Shown: positions 12,254 through 24,589 of the stretch, piece after piece
Numbering within the stretch: position 1 is the first letter of the stretch
Layout: each line of letters opens with the position of its first letter
Source: Octopus sinensis
Lineage: Eukaryota
Direction of reading: 5' to 3'
Assembly (NCBI RefSeq): GCF_006345805.1
Contig: NC_042997.1
Location: forward strand, 127,968,001 to 128,032,000
Length of the DNA: 64,000 bases
Made by a program: the position numbers and the translations under genes
Notes under the pieces: generated by a model
Told to the model about the DNA's origin: nothing
What the model saw: the letters and a program-made list of their open reading frames with translations, nothing else
The model's database searches: none

Positions 12254-12299
12254 CTTTTAATTTTCATTCGTGGTGCCCCAACACGATTACAGGCCTAGG

Positions 12300-12643
12300 C
12301 TAAAACGTGTATGGAGCACTGCCTTTAGTCGAACAAATCGACCCCAGGACTTACTCTTTGTAAGTCTAGTACTTAAGCTAAGGGATATAAACACACTAAC
12401 ATCGGTTGTCAAGCGATAGTGGGGGGGACAAACACAGACACACAAACATATACACACAAACACATACATATATATATATGACAGGCTTCTTTCAGTTTCC
12501 GTCTACCAAATCCGCTCACAAGTCTTTGGTGGGCCCGAGGCTTTATTAGAAGACACCTGCCCAAGGAGCTACGCAGTGGGACTGAACCCGGAACCATGTG
12601 GTTGGTAAGCAAGCTTCTTACCATACAGCCTCTCCCGCGCCTA
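12300..12643 (-). mobile_element. SINE family C (TAGGCGCAGGAGTGGCTGTGTGG tRNA head, internal microsatellite)
   Basis: A-box TGGCTGTGTGG, B-box GGTTCAGTCCC; partly deleted 3' half. Confidence 0.88.
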
Positions 12644-14887
12644 ACGTTCTACCTTTCTTACCTTTCTATCCCATCTACTCTTCACAATATTTTACACGGT
12701 TTCCTTAATTCTCTCTGCTATTCTGATTGTATACGTTGCTGAGCAGTGTGATCGAACCCAGGAGTGTGTGCTTGTGAATCTAACTCCGTATATTCATATT
12801 TATTATTCTTAACCTATGCTGTAGTCGTACTCCAGTAAGCGTTTACAATAATCTAGTAATTCTTTATAATTCAGTCATGTCTGCGCACACAAGCAAATCC
12901 TAAAGATGCGTGACTAAAACGAAACAAGTTACCGTTATCTTCATTTTAATTCACCGAAAGTACTGTTGCCTAACAACTGGATATAATTTTATTATGAGAC
13001 TAAATATTCATTTATTAAACAAAAGCAAATGATTCTGCATGCGTATTTACTCATAATGCATGAAGTGTTGGTGCTCTAATAAATTTTGTCTGGTTGTTAA
13101 TTTCGTAATATTACATAAATGCTAAGAGAAAAGGGCAAAGATAAGACTGCGCTGTACGCATCCCTTTACATACCTGAAGGTTTCCGGTCATAGCACTGAT
13201 TTGTTGATGTTGCCGTGCCAATTTGATGCTGGTTGGGCGCTTTGTCAGCGTTAATACTCATTTTTACTAGCTGAGTGAACTGGAGTAATGTGAAGTAAAG
13301 TACCTTGCCCAAGAACACAATGAAACTCACGGACTGAGAAGTGAACTATAATTAGAAGTGAACCATAATCAGAAATTTGAAAATAGATTATAGAAAATAA
13401 CAGTAGTACATAATAAGTTAGTATAATAAATAGAATAATACAAAAATTAGTTATATATTACAGTTGAATCTTCCTATAACAACGAATTCACAGTAAAATT
13501 TGCTTGAGGTGTTGCCTAAGTTATAGCCAAGTCTGTACATTTTTAGTCTATTTTTTACATAATGAATTTGCCTACCATATATTCTATTCTACTTTGCATA
13601 AGACTTTAGCTATACTGGTACTTCTGGTTCTCATTTTCAAGTATTCTAATGTGTCAATATTTTCAACAAAATGATGGTACTTTTTCTTAATTATAATGTT
13701 AATTTGTAAATTAAGATCAAATAATTTCTAACATTCAAATTTATCCTTAGCTACAATATTCTAAGGGAAAATTTTCTTGTTCTGTACTTTACCAGATGTA
13801 ATAACTTGTCCTGAACTTTTCCAAGCGTAATAACTTGTCCTGTAATATTCCAGGTTTATAATCTTAAGAATATTATTTCTCTGGCTCGCATTTTCCCATG
13901 TAATCCCTGTTTTTCCAGGTTATGTTATTATGCTAATTAATAGTGTGTCAAATGTGTCAATCAGTGATGTCGTTGATAATTTTTCCCAATGATGCTGGTG
14001 ACATATATTAAAAGTCCCCTTATAGAAACATATTCATAAAAAAAAGTATAGAACTGTACTATCACCCTCAAATTTGAAAAACAAACACTCATAACTTTTT
14101 ACTTTTAAAACTTCATTGCTTGACATTGATATCATGAAATTCCTCGAATTGAGCTCTATCATTCAAGCTTAATTAAAATATAGTTGGTTTTTAAGATAAA
14201 CAATTTAATTATACTTCAATCCAATTTTTTGCCTTACAACTTTTTTGATACAAATTTTTGTTGCATGGGACCAAAACTATGAAATTCTTCAGGCTTTCTT
14301 CTATCACTGATGCTAAGATAAATATATTTTGCTTTTAAAATATAAAAAAAAAGTTATTTAGATTTAAACTTGATTGGAGGCGTTACTTACTCTCTTATAT
14401 AACATTTGTACAAATTTCCATGTAAACTTTTTTTCTAATGGACCAAATCTCAATTTTTTACGCCAAAATATAGCTAGGGCCTAGTCCTCTTCAAAAATGT
14501 TAACAGTTTTCAATTTGGTTAAGAACTGAATTAGCAACAAGCTCTGAAAGATGCTGCGTGTGAGTAAATTGCGGCCTTAATATTATTCAACTACTACCGT
14601 AGTTAAATGATATATATACATACACATACACGATCGTATATGTATAAAAATGTGCGAGTATTTCTCAAGTATTTTTTTTTTCTCTTTAACTTCATTCCTT
14701 ATCAAAACTCTCTTCTTCGTTATTCCTATATTCACACATAACACAGAGAGTTCTATTTTTGGCGTTCATTAAAAGAAATGCATGTAAATTAGTGCCAGGT
14801 CAAAATGAATTCAGTCTCATGCCTTAACATTAGAATGTTCAGGAAATGTCACTGCTGGAGTGTTTTATACAGAGAATGACTTTCGAG

Positions 14888-14901
14888 ATTGGCTGACGTC
14901 A
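14888..14901. promoter_or_regulatory. Adjacent reverse CCAAT box and canonical CRE (ATTGG-C-TGACGTCA)
   Basis: Exact motifs in non-repetitive DNA; function unproven. Confidence 0.25.
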
Positions 14902-15255
14902 CAAACTACAGGATTCTACGAAAAGTAAACCATTATGCATTATAACTCACATGAAGCACTCTTATAGATTTAGCTTCTTCATTAAACCCTAGTTACCACA
15001 CACGAACATGGACGCAAAAACACAAACGCAACAGATTTTACACGTATTCACCCATAATGTATATCTAGAACTTTTTTTTGCATAAATATCATACACTCAG
15101 GCATTCATACATGCGTATACATATACATATATACATACATATGTGTGTGTATGTATATATATATATATATGCAGATATATATATGCAGAGAAAGAGACAT
15201 ACATACATACATACATACATACATACATACATACATACATACATACATACATACA

Positions 15256-15289
<34 letters not shown>

Positions 15290-15313
15290 CATACATACAT
15301 ATAGACATACATA

Positions 15314-15810
15314 CAAGTAGCTAGGACACTCTATAAGGAAATCCGTTGGAAGTACATCCCCGGGGACAAAGAAATAAGAACCCACAATATGGTAGAAGCC
15401 ATAGCCTCTCATAATAAAAAGGAGTACTGGTGAAATGTCCCAGTGAAAACCTCAATAAAATGTAAACACAATAGACCTGATATAATGATTTGGGTTAAAG
15501 AAGAGAAACTGTACAGTTGTGGAAATCTGTTGTTCAGCGGATTTTAACATAAAGCTGAAGATAAGTGAAAAGGAGAATACCTACGCTGAATTATTGAGAA
15601 ATCTGCAGTTACTCTATCCAGATTACAAGTCCAGGCTTATACCTGTAATGATTGGGCCCTGGGATACGTAACAGACTGCCTAAATACCAATCTCGAGAAA
15701 TTAGGCATCTCAAAACAGGTTGGAGAAAGCAAATTCGAAGACTACAGATGCAATCCATCACTGGAACTGTAAAAATCTGTAAAACTTTCCAGAAGTTTAT
15801 CATTCAAATA
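15314..15810 (+). mobile_element. 3' fragment of a restriction-like-endonuclease non-LTR retrotransposon (R4/Dong-like)
   Basis: With frameshifts: KHNRPDIMIWVKEEKL / TVVEICCSADFNIKLKISEKENTYAEL...IPVMIG / LGYV, the PD-(D/E)xK signature of RLE-type LINEs; (CATA)n arrays on both sides. Confidence 0.85.
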
Positions 15811-15948
15811 TATATGAGCATGTCTAGATAAGCAACAATATGCATGAGAATACATACATAAAACGAAACATAAATCTACACATATGTATACATACATACA
15901 TACATACATACATACATACATACATACATACATACATACATACATACA

Positions 15949-16268
15949 GCACGAAACTAGATTCCGTCGGTAACGAATGACCATGGGTGCATCTAAGAGG
16001 TTCCCCTCCGCGGTACAATTCTGGGCGGAGTCACCTCACCGGTGAACTCACAACCTAGGGTTGTTTTTTATGGAAGACTAGCAGTTGCCCATGCATAAAG
16101 GAAAGGCAAAGGCCGATACTGCTTGGCAGCCAATGACTTCGCAACTCATTTCTGCAGCAACATGAAATAAAGTGTCTTGTTCAAGAACACACCACGCAGC
16201 TCGGTCCAGGAATTGAACTCGCAACCACACGATTGTTAACTCGACGCTCTAACCACTGAGCCATGCAT
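15949..16268 (-). mobile_element. SINE family D (tRNA head, central GTGTTCTTGARCAAGACACTTTATTTCA domain, (TATG)n tail), copy 1
   Basis: Head TGCATGGCTCAGTGGTTAGAGCG...GAGTTCAATTCC on the minus strand; homologous to 52800-53150. Confidence 0.88.
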
Positions 16269-16360
16269 ACACACATAATACATACATACAGACATACATA
16301 CACATACATACATACATACATACATACATACATACATACATACATACATACATACATACA

Positions 16361-16680
16361 GCACGAAACTAGATTCCGTCGGTAACGAATGACCATGGGT
16401 GCATCTAAGAGGTTCCCCTCCGCGGTACAATTCTGGGCGGAGTCACCTCACCGGTGAACTCACAACCTAGGGTTGTTTTTTATGGAAGACTAGCAGTTGC
16501 CCATGCATAAAGGAAAGGCAAAGGCCGATACTGCTTGGCAGCCAATGACTTCGCAACTCATTTCTGCAGCAACATGAAATAAAGTGTCTTGTTCAAGAAC
16601 ACACCACGCAGCTCGGTCCAGGAATTGAACTCGCAACCACACGATTGTTAACTCGACGCTCTAACCACTGAGCCATGCAT
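16361..16680 (-). mobile_element. SINE family D, copy 2 (412-bp tandem duplicate of copy 1)
   Basis: No differences seen from 15949-16268, including the head-side flank. Confidence 0.88.
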
Positions 16681-17239
16681 ACACACATAATACATACATA
16701 CAGACATACATACATACATACATACATACATACAAAAATACCTTCTCCCTTGGTGTTTAAATTCCAATGAAGGCGCCTTCGATCCGGTGTAGAAATCGAT
16801 TCTTTCTCTATTGGCAAGAAATCTTGAAATAAAACTGAATAATGACATACGTATGTACGTACTTATGTATACACGTATGTTCTATTTCTCTTTTTTACTT
16901 AGAGTAGATTGTGAGCGACCACCTGCTTGGTAGCAAGGCTGTGAAGAAAAGTATCTTGCTTTAACCATCATTTTTTAAAACTTAAGAAGGTCTTGCAGGT
17001 TTTTATTGTCCAGATATCGTGATTATTTGCAATGTATAGGTTAAGGATTTGCGTTTTTCCCCAAGATCCTATCCTAAGTTCAGCCATACTTTGCTCTAGA
17101 AGGGTCGGCATGTATCCTGTTTCTCCAATATGTATATATGTATGTACGAATGTATGTATGTATGTATGTATGTATGTATGTATGTATGTATGTATGTATG
17201 TATGTATGTATGTATGTTTGTATGTATGTATGTATGTAT

Positions 17240-17600
17240 TCTGCCTATATGTCTGTGCACACCTTTGAATGCAGTGTATGCCAGAAGGTTTGCAAATCCA
17301 ACGGAGGCCCCAAAAGATATTTTAAGATCCACAAAAAGCAGAACTTATCTGCAGCTCTTGGTGGTCCAAATCCGAGGTGCAATCTATGTGGGTGTCTTTT
17401 CAGAACATTGTCTGGTTTAAAAAGCCACATCAGATGCCATGATGGTGCTAAGGTGTAGGTACAGGAGGTGGTCAAAATCTGCATAAGGAGTAGACAACCA
17501 CCACCATGTATGTATGTATGTATGTATGTATGTATTTATGTATGTATGTATGTATGTATGTATGTATGTATGTATGTATGTATGTATGTATGTATGTATG
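17240..17600 (+). mobile_element. RTE LINE 3' end with C2H2 zinc fingers and (TATG)n tail
   Basis: FECSVCQKVCKSNGGPKRYFKIH and CNLCGCLFRTLSGLKSHIRCH; same family as the 3' end of 62031-63130. Confidence 0.88.
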
Positions 17601-17601
17601 T

Positions 17602-17797
17602 ATAAGCACAGGTGTGGCTGTGTGGTAACACGTTTGCTTTCCAACCACATGGTACTGGGTTCAGTCCCACTGCATGGGACCTTGGGTAAGTGGTTTCTGC
17701 TGTAGCCTTGAATCAACCAAAGCCTTGTGAGTGAATTTGGTAGACGGAAACTGAAAGAAGCCTGTCGTATGTGTGTGTTTGTTTGTTTGTGTGCGTG
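17602..17797 (+). mobile_element. SINE family C, 5' half
   Basis: Head plus body up to the internal microsatellite. Confidence 0.85.
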
Positions 17798-17853
17798 TTG
17801 CAAAAATAAAAAGAATAGAATGCTTTAAGAATTGCACCACGGAAGCAAGTAAG

Positions 17854-18740
17854 TACGAGGCGGTATCCAAAAGTAACCGGAACCGTTCTCTGTGGGACAA
17901 GCCCTTTGTAGTTCGGGCTTTCGCCGCTAGAAGCCACTTGATGCAACCTTCAGACATCAGTCTGCCAGCCCGGCGTCGTCATGTAAGGTCTTCCACGTTG
18001 TGTGTCTTTGTTAGCCAGTGCTTCTCCTGTGTTCGTCGATTTTTGCGATAGCTGAAACGAAGGAACAGAAAGCTTCCGTAAAATTCTGTTTTCTGCTGGG
18101 GGAAAACAGCAGCCAAAAACAGTTGTCATGCTTCAAACAGTTTAAGAGGGCGCTGTCATGAGCAAAATATAGTTTACGAGTGGTTTTCACGCTTAGGAAT
18201 GGTCATTTATCGCTTGGAAACCAACCTGGTTCAGAACGACCGTCGACCTCATGAACGAATGAAAGCACCGTCAAAATTCATGAACTGATCTTCAAGGACC
18301 GTCTCTGAACAATTGACGTACTTGTTGATATGACTGGTGTGTTCTGGAGCTCCCGCCAACGAATTTTGAGCGAGGAATTGCGAATGGAAAGTGTTGCAGC
18401 AAAATTTGTGCCTCGCTTGGTCACAGAAAATCAAAAACAGTCACGACTGAATGCGTGTCGTGAAGTGAAAGAACAGTTGGAATTTGATCCGGACCTTTTC
18501 TCGAAGATCATCACTGGTGATGAAAGCTGGTGCTAAGGAATTTGCAGATGTGGAAGAGGTGAGGAAAAAGACGATGAAAGCGTTAAAAGCACCACTTTGC
18601 AAGAGTCTGAGGATTGCTTCGAACAGTGGAAAACGCTTCTGGACCAATGCATTGCTTCAAATGAAGAATACTTTGAAGGCAATAAAAGTGCAAACATGTA
18701 AAACTAAGTCAACAAAATGAAATTGAAAAATTCCAACTCT
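17854..18740 (+). mobile_element. Mariner (DD34D-type) transposon remnant, internally deleted
   Basis: TA plus TIR-like CGAGGCGGTATCCAAAAGTAACCGGAA; VAAKFVPRL...FSKIITGDESWC; C-terminal FADVEEVRKKTMKAL and CFEQWK...CIASNEEYFEG; right TIR not found. Confidence 0.88.
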
Positions 18741-18741
18741 A

Positions 18742-18906
18742 TAGGGGCAGGAGTGGCTGTGTGGTAAGTAGCTTGCTTACTAACCACATGGTTCCGGGTT
18801 CAGTCCCACTGCGTGGCACCTTGGGCAAGTGTCTTCTACTATAGTTTCGAGCCGACCAAAACCTTGTGAGTGGATTTGGTAGACGGAAACTGAAAGAAGC
18901 CCGTCG

Positions 18907-18976
<70 letters not shown>

Positions 18977-19200
18977 CGTGCGTGCGTGTTTGTGTGTCTG
19001 TGTTTGTCCCCCGAACATCGCTTGACAACCGATGCTGGTGTGTTTACGTCCCCGTAACTTAGCGGTTCGGCAAAATAGACCGATAGAATAAGTACTGGAC
19101 TTACAAGGAATAAGTCCTGGGGTCGATTTTCTCGACTAAAGGCGGTGCTCCAGCATGACCCAAGTCAAATGACTGAAACAAGTAAAAGAGTTAAAGAGTA
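18742..19200 (+). mobile_element. SINE family C, full length
   Basis: Head, internal (TA)n(TG)n, 3' tail GTAAAAGAG-like repeats. Confidence 0.95.
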
Positions 19201-19526
19201 AGTAGCTATTAGTTTCCATCGCTTTAAGAAAACGATCTTGTCATGCTGAAAGAAAGATGAAAAATCATATTGAAATAAACTAAATGAAATTTAGCTTTTC
19301 TAATATCAGATTAATATAATCTTATTTAGTTCCGTATAGGTTTCCCTTTACTGCAACATAACTAGATCGTCATATTAAAACAAAGAAAACCGGTTACTGC
19401 TTAGTTGAAAATTTAAATACTGTCTTACCGTCTCAGTTTTCTCCGAGATAAATTTGTCGATGCATTTTCTTCTACTTGTGTGAACTATCTTAACTTCACG
19501 CGCGCACATACACACACACACAACAC

Positions 19527-19577
<51 letters not shown>

Positions 19578-19646
19578 CACAAAATAACACAACACACAAC
19601 ACACAGAACACACACACAACACACAGACACATAGAAATAGACAGAC

Positions 19647-19726
<80 letters not shown>

Positions 19727-19984
19727 TTTCAAATTTAGATTGATTCTTTCTATGCGTAAAATTTCAAAAACATTGATATCCGCTGTAATCAAATGTTGAC
19801 ACAAATTAATATATATGTATTAGAACTTTTTAAAAATTAATGCTTCTCTCTGTGCCATTCTACATGATTATTCTTCTCTGACATTTTCTTTCTCTCATGA
19901 GAACGCTATTTATACTAACAATGTCTACATCTAAAATCCTGATATTGGTTTTCATTCATGCAGGACTTGAAACAAGGAATAATT

Positions 19985-20120
19985 TCACCAAACCATCGTC
20001 TCGGTATAACCCCCCATTGTTGATCTCTGAGAATCGCATTTCATTCAGGATACATAGGCCAATGATTCTGAATGTTTCAGTTACGTCGTAGGCATCCATA
20101 GGCACATCAAACAGGGAAGA
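19985..20120 (-). mobile_element. Penelope-like element RT core fragment
   Basis: Minus strand translates SSLFDVPMDAYDVTETFRIIGLCILNEMRFSEINNGGLYRDDGL, matching the PLE RT motifs FDVPMG.YDGAE...GLYIL and GLYRDDGL; not in the ORF track. Confidence 0.85.
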
Positions 20121-20200
20121 CACACAGACATACGCACACCTTCATACACACGCACACATACGAACACATACGTGAGTGTCACTAATACACAAACATATAG

Positions 20201-20576
20201 TCTTTTATTCTTTTATTTGTTTCAGTCATTTGACTGTGACCATGCTGGAGCACCACCTTTTGTCGAGCAAATCGAACCCAGGACTTATTCTTTGTAAGCC
20301 TAGTACTTATTCTATCGGTCTCTTTTGCCGAACCGCTAAGTTACGGAGACGTAAACACACCAGCATCGGTTGCCGAGGGATGTTGGGGGGGGCAAACAAA
20401 GACACACACGTACATATACGACGGGCTTCCTTCAGTTTCCGTCTACCAAATCCACTCACAAGGCATTGGTCGGCCCGCGGCTATAGTAGAAGACACTTGC
20501 TCAAGGTGCCACGCAGCGGGACTGAACCCGGAACCATGTGGTTGGTCAGCAAGCTACTTACCACACAGCCACTCCC
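20201..20576 (-). mobile_element. SINE family C
   Basis: Near full length, tail TCTTTTATTCTTTTA. Confidence 0.92.
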
Positions 20577-21771
20577 ATGTGTATGTATATGTGCATATAT
20601 GTATGTGTGAGTGTGTATGTGTGTGTATGTGCGTATACATAGACATATGAGAATATATGTGTAAGTGTGTGTATAATGATAAAATATTAAAAGCAGAGTA
20701 AAAATACTAATGAGTCATTAATTAACACTTACAAATAAAATAGTCGAGTCCAGATTGCTCCATATTTATTTTAAAACTCTAATTTATTTTTCTTTTATTT
20801 TGCGCAATGTCAGTAACTTTCTCTTTGAACTTTGGGTGACTGCTCAAGAAAATTTTCACCGTTGAAATCATTGCAAGTGCATTTCACCTTCCCCGGTTCA
20901 TTGTAGCCCTCAGAAGATTTTTTTTTTCTTTTTTAATGTAGAACCGTTCAGGTTCTAATGTAGTCATAGAACTTTTCAAGTGGATGTTTATCAGTTTCAT
21001 AATTTCACCATGAACATAATCTAAATTATTTTCTAAGATAAATCTCAGAGGGTCAGTTAACCTGCAATATTCACGCTTATCGGATCTACTGTAGAATAAT
21101 CTAAGTTCAGCTTCAAGTTCTGTTGGTTTGTTTTTTGTTCTTTTGTATTTTTCTCTTTGTCAATCAAGGGACATGCTTCAGTGGTTAATCCAACCTCCTC
21201 TATAAGCAGTTTATTGTTAAAACTAGTGAAGCTTTTCTTGTTGAATAATTCAGCAGCTGCTAATTGTTTAGTGAAGGAATATCTCTCCACTATATCAACA
21301 CATACTCAACCGCATACTTCCTTTGCTTCTTTGACTTTCGATGTTTGTTTTTTTCTGTTGTTTTCTTTCTTTTTCAATATGTCTCTAAAACCGTCTTTTG
21401 TCCACGCTCCATTATAAACTCCAAACAACAAATATGGAAAAGCCAAATGCATTTTTGCTTCACAACCATAACGCTAACGATGTTTTTTTTTTTTTTTTTT
21501 TTTCATTCTGAATCAAAGCTACGAAATATCGTCTGCTTCTGATAAGTTTCTTTTTAAATCCAATGCGTTCATAAAAGATATTATCTCCGGACGAATACCG
21601 CAGTTAACTTGCTTTATCGCGCAATATTTACCTTAATTATGATACTCACATGGCTATTATACTCCCTTTTGCTGCCTATTCCTAGCTGAGGTATTTTGAG
21701 TATCAGTGGTCATAGATTGATTCTGGTTTTGATGGCTACTTTCTCCTGAAGAGACAACTACAAAAAATGAA

Positions 21772-21785
21772 GTCCGCCCAATATC
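21772..21785. promoter_or_regulatory. Overlapping GC box and CCAAT (CCGCCCAAT), possible promoter
   Basis: Exact motif in unique DNA; a minus-strand GTGAGT donor lies about 125 bp away; unproven. Confidence 0.25.
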
Positions 21786-22585
21786 ACCGGACTTGTTTCG
21801 TGGGGAGGCATAAAAGTCATGATTATTAATTCAAATTATTCTATAAGTATATTATACCATTTGCAATGTATTGTGTGTATGTGTGTGTGTGTGTTATACA
21901 TGTCTCGGTTAAAAATAGGAGAATTACAGTTCCACAGTGCCCACAGACGAACCGCCACAAGAACGCACAAAAAGTGTTATATTCATTTTCGTTTATTTCT
22001 AAGCAGTACAATCTATTACGATATATCAAAATATTTCTTCATACTTCTGCGACCTGATAACTGTTGTGGTTCCACTCTGTAGATAATCTATTTCGGGGAA
22101 ATTTTTTTTCCTATCATTTCGTACTTATTTATTCTATAAATTGGTCAAATAATGCTTGAAATAGTTGCCTAAAGTATTAGATTCTTCCTAAGTTGATTAT
22201 TTAACCGTTTTGGTAAAAAAAATAATAATAATCTAAAAGCATGGACCGCTACAACTAAACCAGAAGCTATAACTATACCGTGGAGATATAACTGTGACCA
22301 TTGCACAAACACTGTAACTGGTTACGAATTTATATCAAAATTTAAGGGAAGTTTTACTATTTACTTAGAGAAGTCACTAAGTGAAAGTTTAAATGTGACA
22401 CGAGTGGATAGAAAACCTACAGATTTGATGTTATCAATGATCGATAAAGTTACCCAAGAAAACCAAGTACGAAATGTAGCTCCCAATTGAATTGTCGTAT
22501 TGTGCCGTGTTGCAATTAATATTCACTAGCAGATAGTAACTGAGATCGATCGATATGTTAAGAACATACAACCAAAATAGATCAC

Positions 22586-22643
<58 letters not shown>

Positions 22644-23228
22644 TTCTTTCTCTCTCTTCCTCTCGCGCTCTCTCACTTTCTCTTCGTCTCCCTTCCTCAA
22701 AAGAAAAAACTCAAGAATATACAGAAAAATTCCAAAATTTAGAGACTGTCATTAGTTGCAAAGTGAATAGGGGCTGACGAAAAAGTTGAAATTTTATCAT
22801 ATGCTGTCCAAAATCTCTGGGAACTACCAATGAGAGACACTAACTGATAAAATAATGCCCTTAAACAGGGACAACGGGCGGTATATCGAGAGCTTTCTTA
22901 TAGTGGGAAATTACAATAATGATAGACTATAAACTATAAGTTTACGTTAAACCCAGAAACTGTATATCGCAGCATGAAAAAATAGAGAACCAAGATTGTA
23001 AAATGCTCCTTTTCACGATAATCCAATATCTATGACTGACTTCATGCCAACCAGTATCGTGGCCTTTTGCTGGATGGAATCTACTATATCTTTGTGTATG
23101 CAGCAGCACCGTTTCAGACGAGCGACCAATGCTACTTTGTGAATAGAAAAAAAAATCTTGCTTTTGAGAGATTGTCTCTAAGATTGCTGCGTGTCTACAT
23201 ATCTCTTTGGTAAACCTTACAAACAAAA

Positions 23229-23312
<84 letters not shown>

Positions 23313-23632
23313 ACACACACATATATATGGTTGTATATATAAGTACCATATTTTTAAATGCCTACATCATTATGTCGACAACTATAGGCAATAAAAATAA
23401 AAATAACTACTTTTGTCCATAGGCTGAAACAGCTGTAAGAAGTGATTTTAATGATTTCAATAATTTATATTGACTTTTATAACTTGTATTCTTATCTTAT
23501 ATGTATTGAATTATAAGATATATATGTATGATATTGACGTTCTCAATATTTTGTTGAATGAATAAATAATCCAACATTCTAATATCCGAAAGTTGATGAA
23601 CAAACTAAATTTGTTTCTCCATTTTCTATTTG

Positions 23633-23669
<37 letters not shown>

Positions 23670-23941
23670 GCATCCTTTTTTGTCTCGGGAGACAATGGAG
23701 TTGCACATAAAATAATCTAGTCCGGCTTTTACATTTCATGTCCTAATACATCTCCTGTTGTGACTGTGTAGTCCTATTCTGGACAAACACTCCCTCTGGC
23801 AGGTGCCGCAAATGTAGCGAAGACTTTGCCTGGCTGGTTGTAATGTCATAGTTTCTTGCTGACATCTTTTCTTGTCTTTCCATTTGTTCTCTCTCCCTCT
23901 GTCACTCCTTTGTGTTCCCTCTTTACGGATATATATATACG

Positions 23942-24008
<67 letters not shown>

Positions 24009-24010
24009 CT

Positions 24011-24053
24011 GGGACCTTGAAGACTGCTTAATGCAAGAAAGTATACTAGACCC
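24011..24053 (+). ncRNA. Degenerate minimal type-I hammerhead-like motif
   Basis: GGGAC-C(T)TGAAGA-CTGC TTAAT GCAA-GAAAG TATA CTA-GACCC: core, stem II, palindromic tetraloop stem III, 4/5-paired stem I; directly after a (TA)n array. Confidence 0.5.
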
Positions 24054-24212
24054 TTAATATTTGATATTCAATATTTCATCTATTCAATAAGACAATCAAT
24101 ACTTCATTTCATTTTACAATATATACTATTATACAATATATTCTATATTCTACATTAATATTTTAAAGAATATAAATAAAACAAAAAAATAGACAGAGTT
24201 GGAATTCCTTTG

Positions 24213-24252
<40 letters not shown>

Positions 24253-24275
24253 GAATATTCTTCTGCATATATATA

Positions 24276-24308
<33 letters not shown>

Positions 24309-24363
24309 CGGAATATTCTTCTGCATATATATATATATATTATATATTATATCGGATATATAT

Positions 24364-24402
<39 letters not shown>

Positions 24403-24589
24403 CGGAATAGTCTTCTGCATATATATATATATATATATACTATATATATAGATATATATATATGCAGAAGAATGTTCCGATTTAGGCCTGCATGTTTTTG
24501 TGAGCCACCAAACAATTTATAAACTTCCTAGCATGTCCGGCATGTTACGCAATCTTTCATCACGAACATACTGTAATCAACCTTTTGTT

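Noticed and set aside
13990-14580. AT-rich segment resembling a non-autonomous DNA transposon
   Set aside because: No terminal inverted repeats or TSD could be defined. The same holds for 57760-58200.
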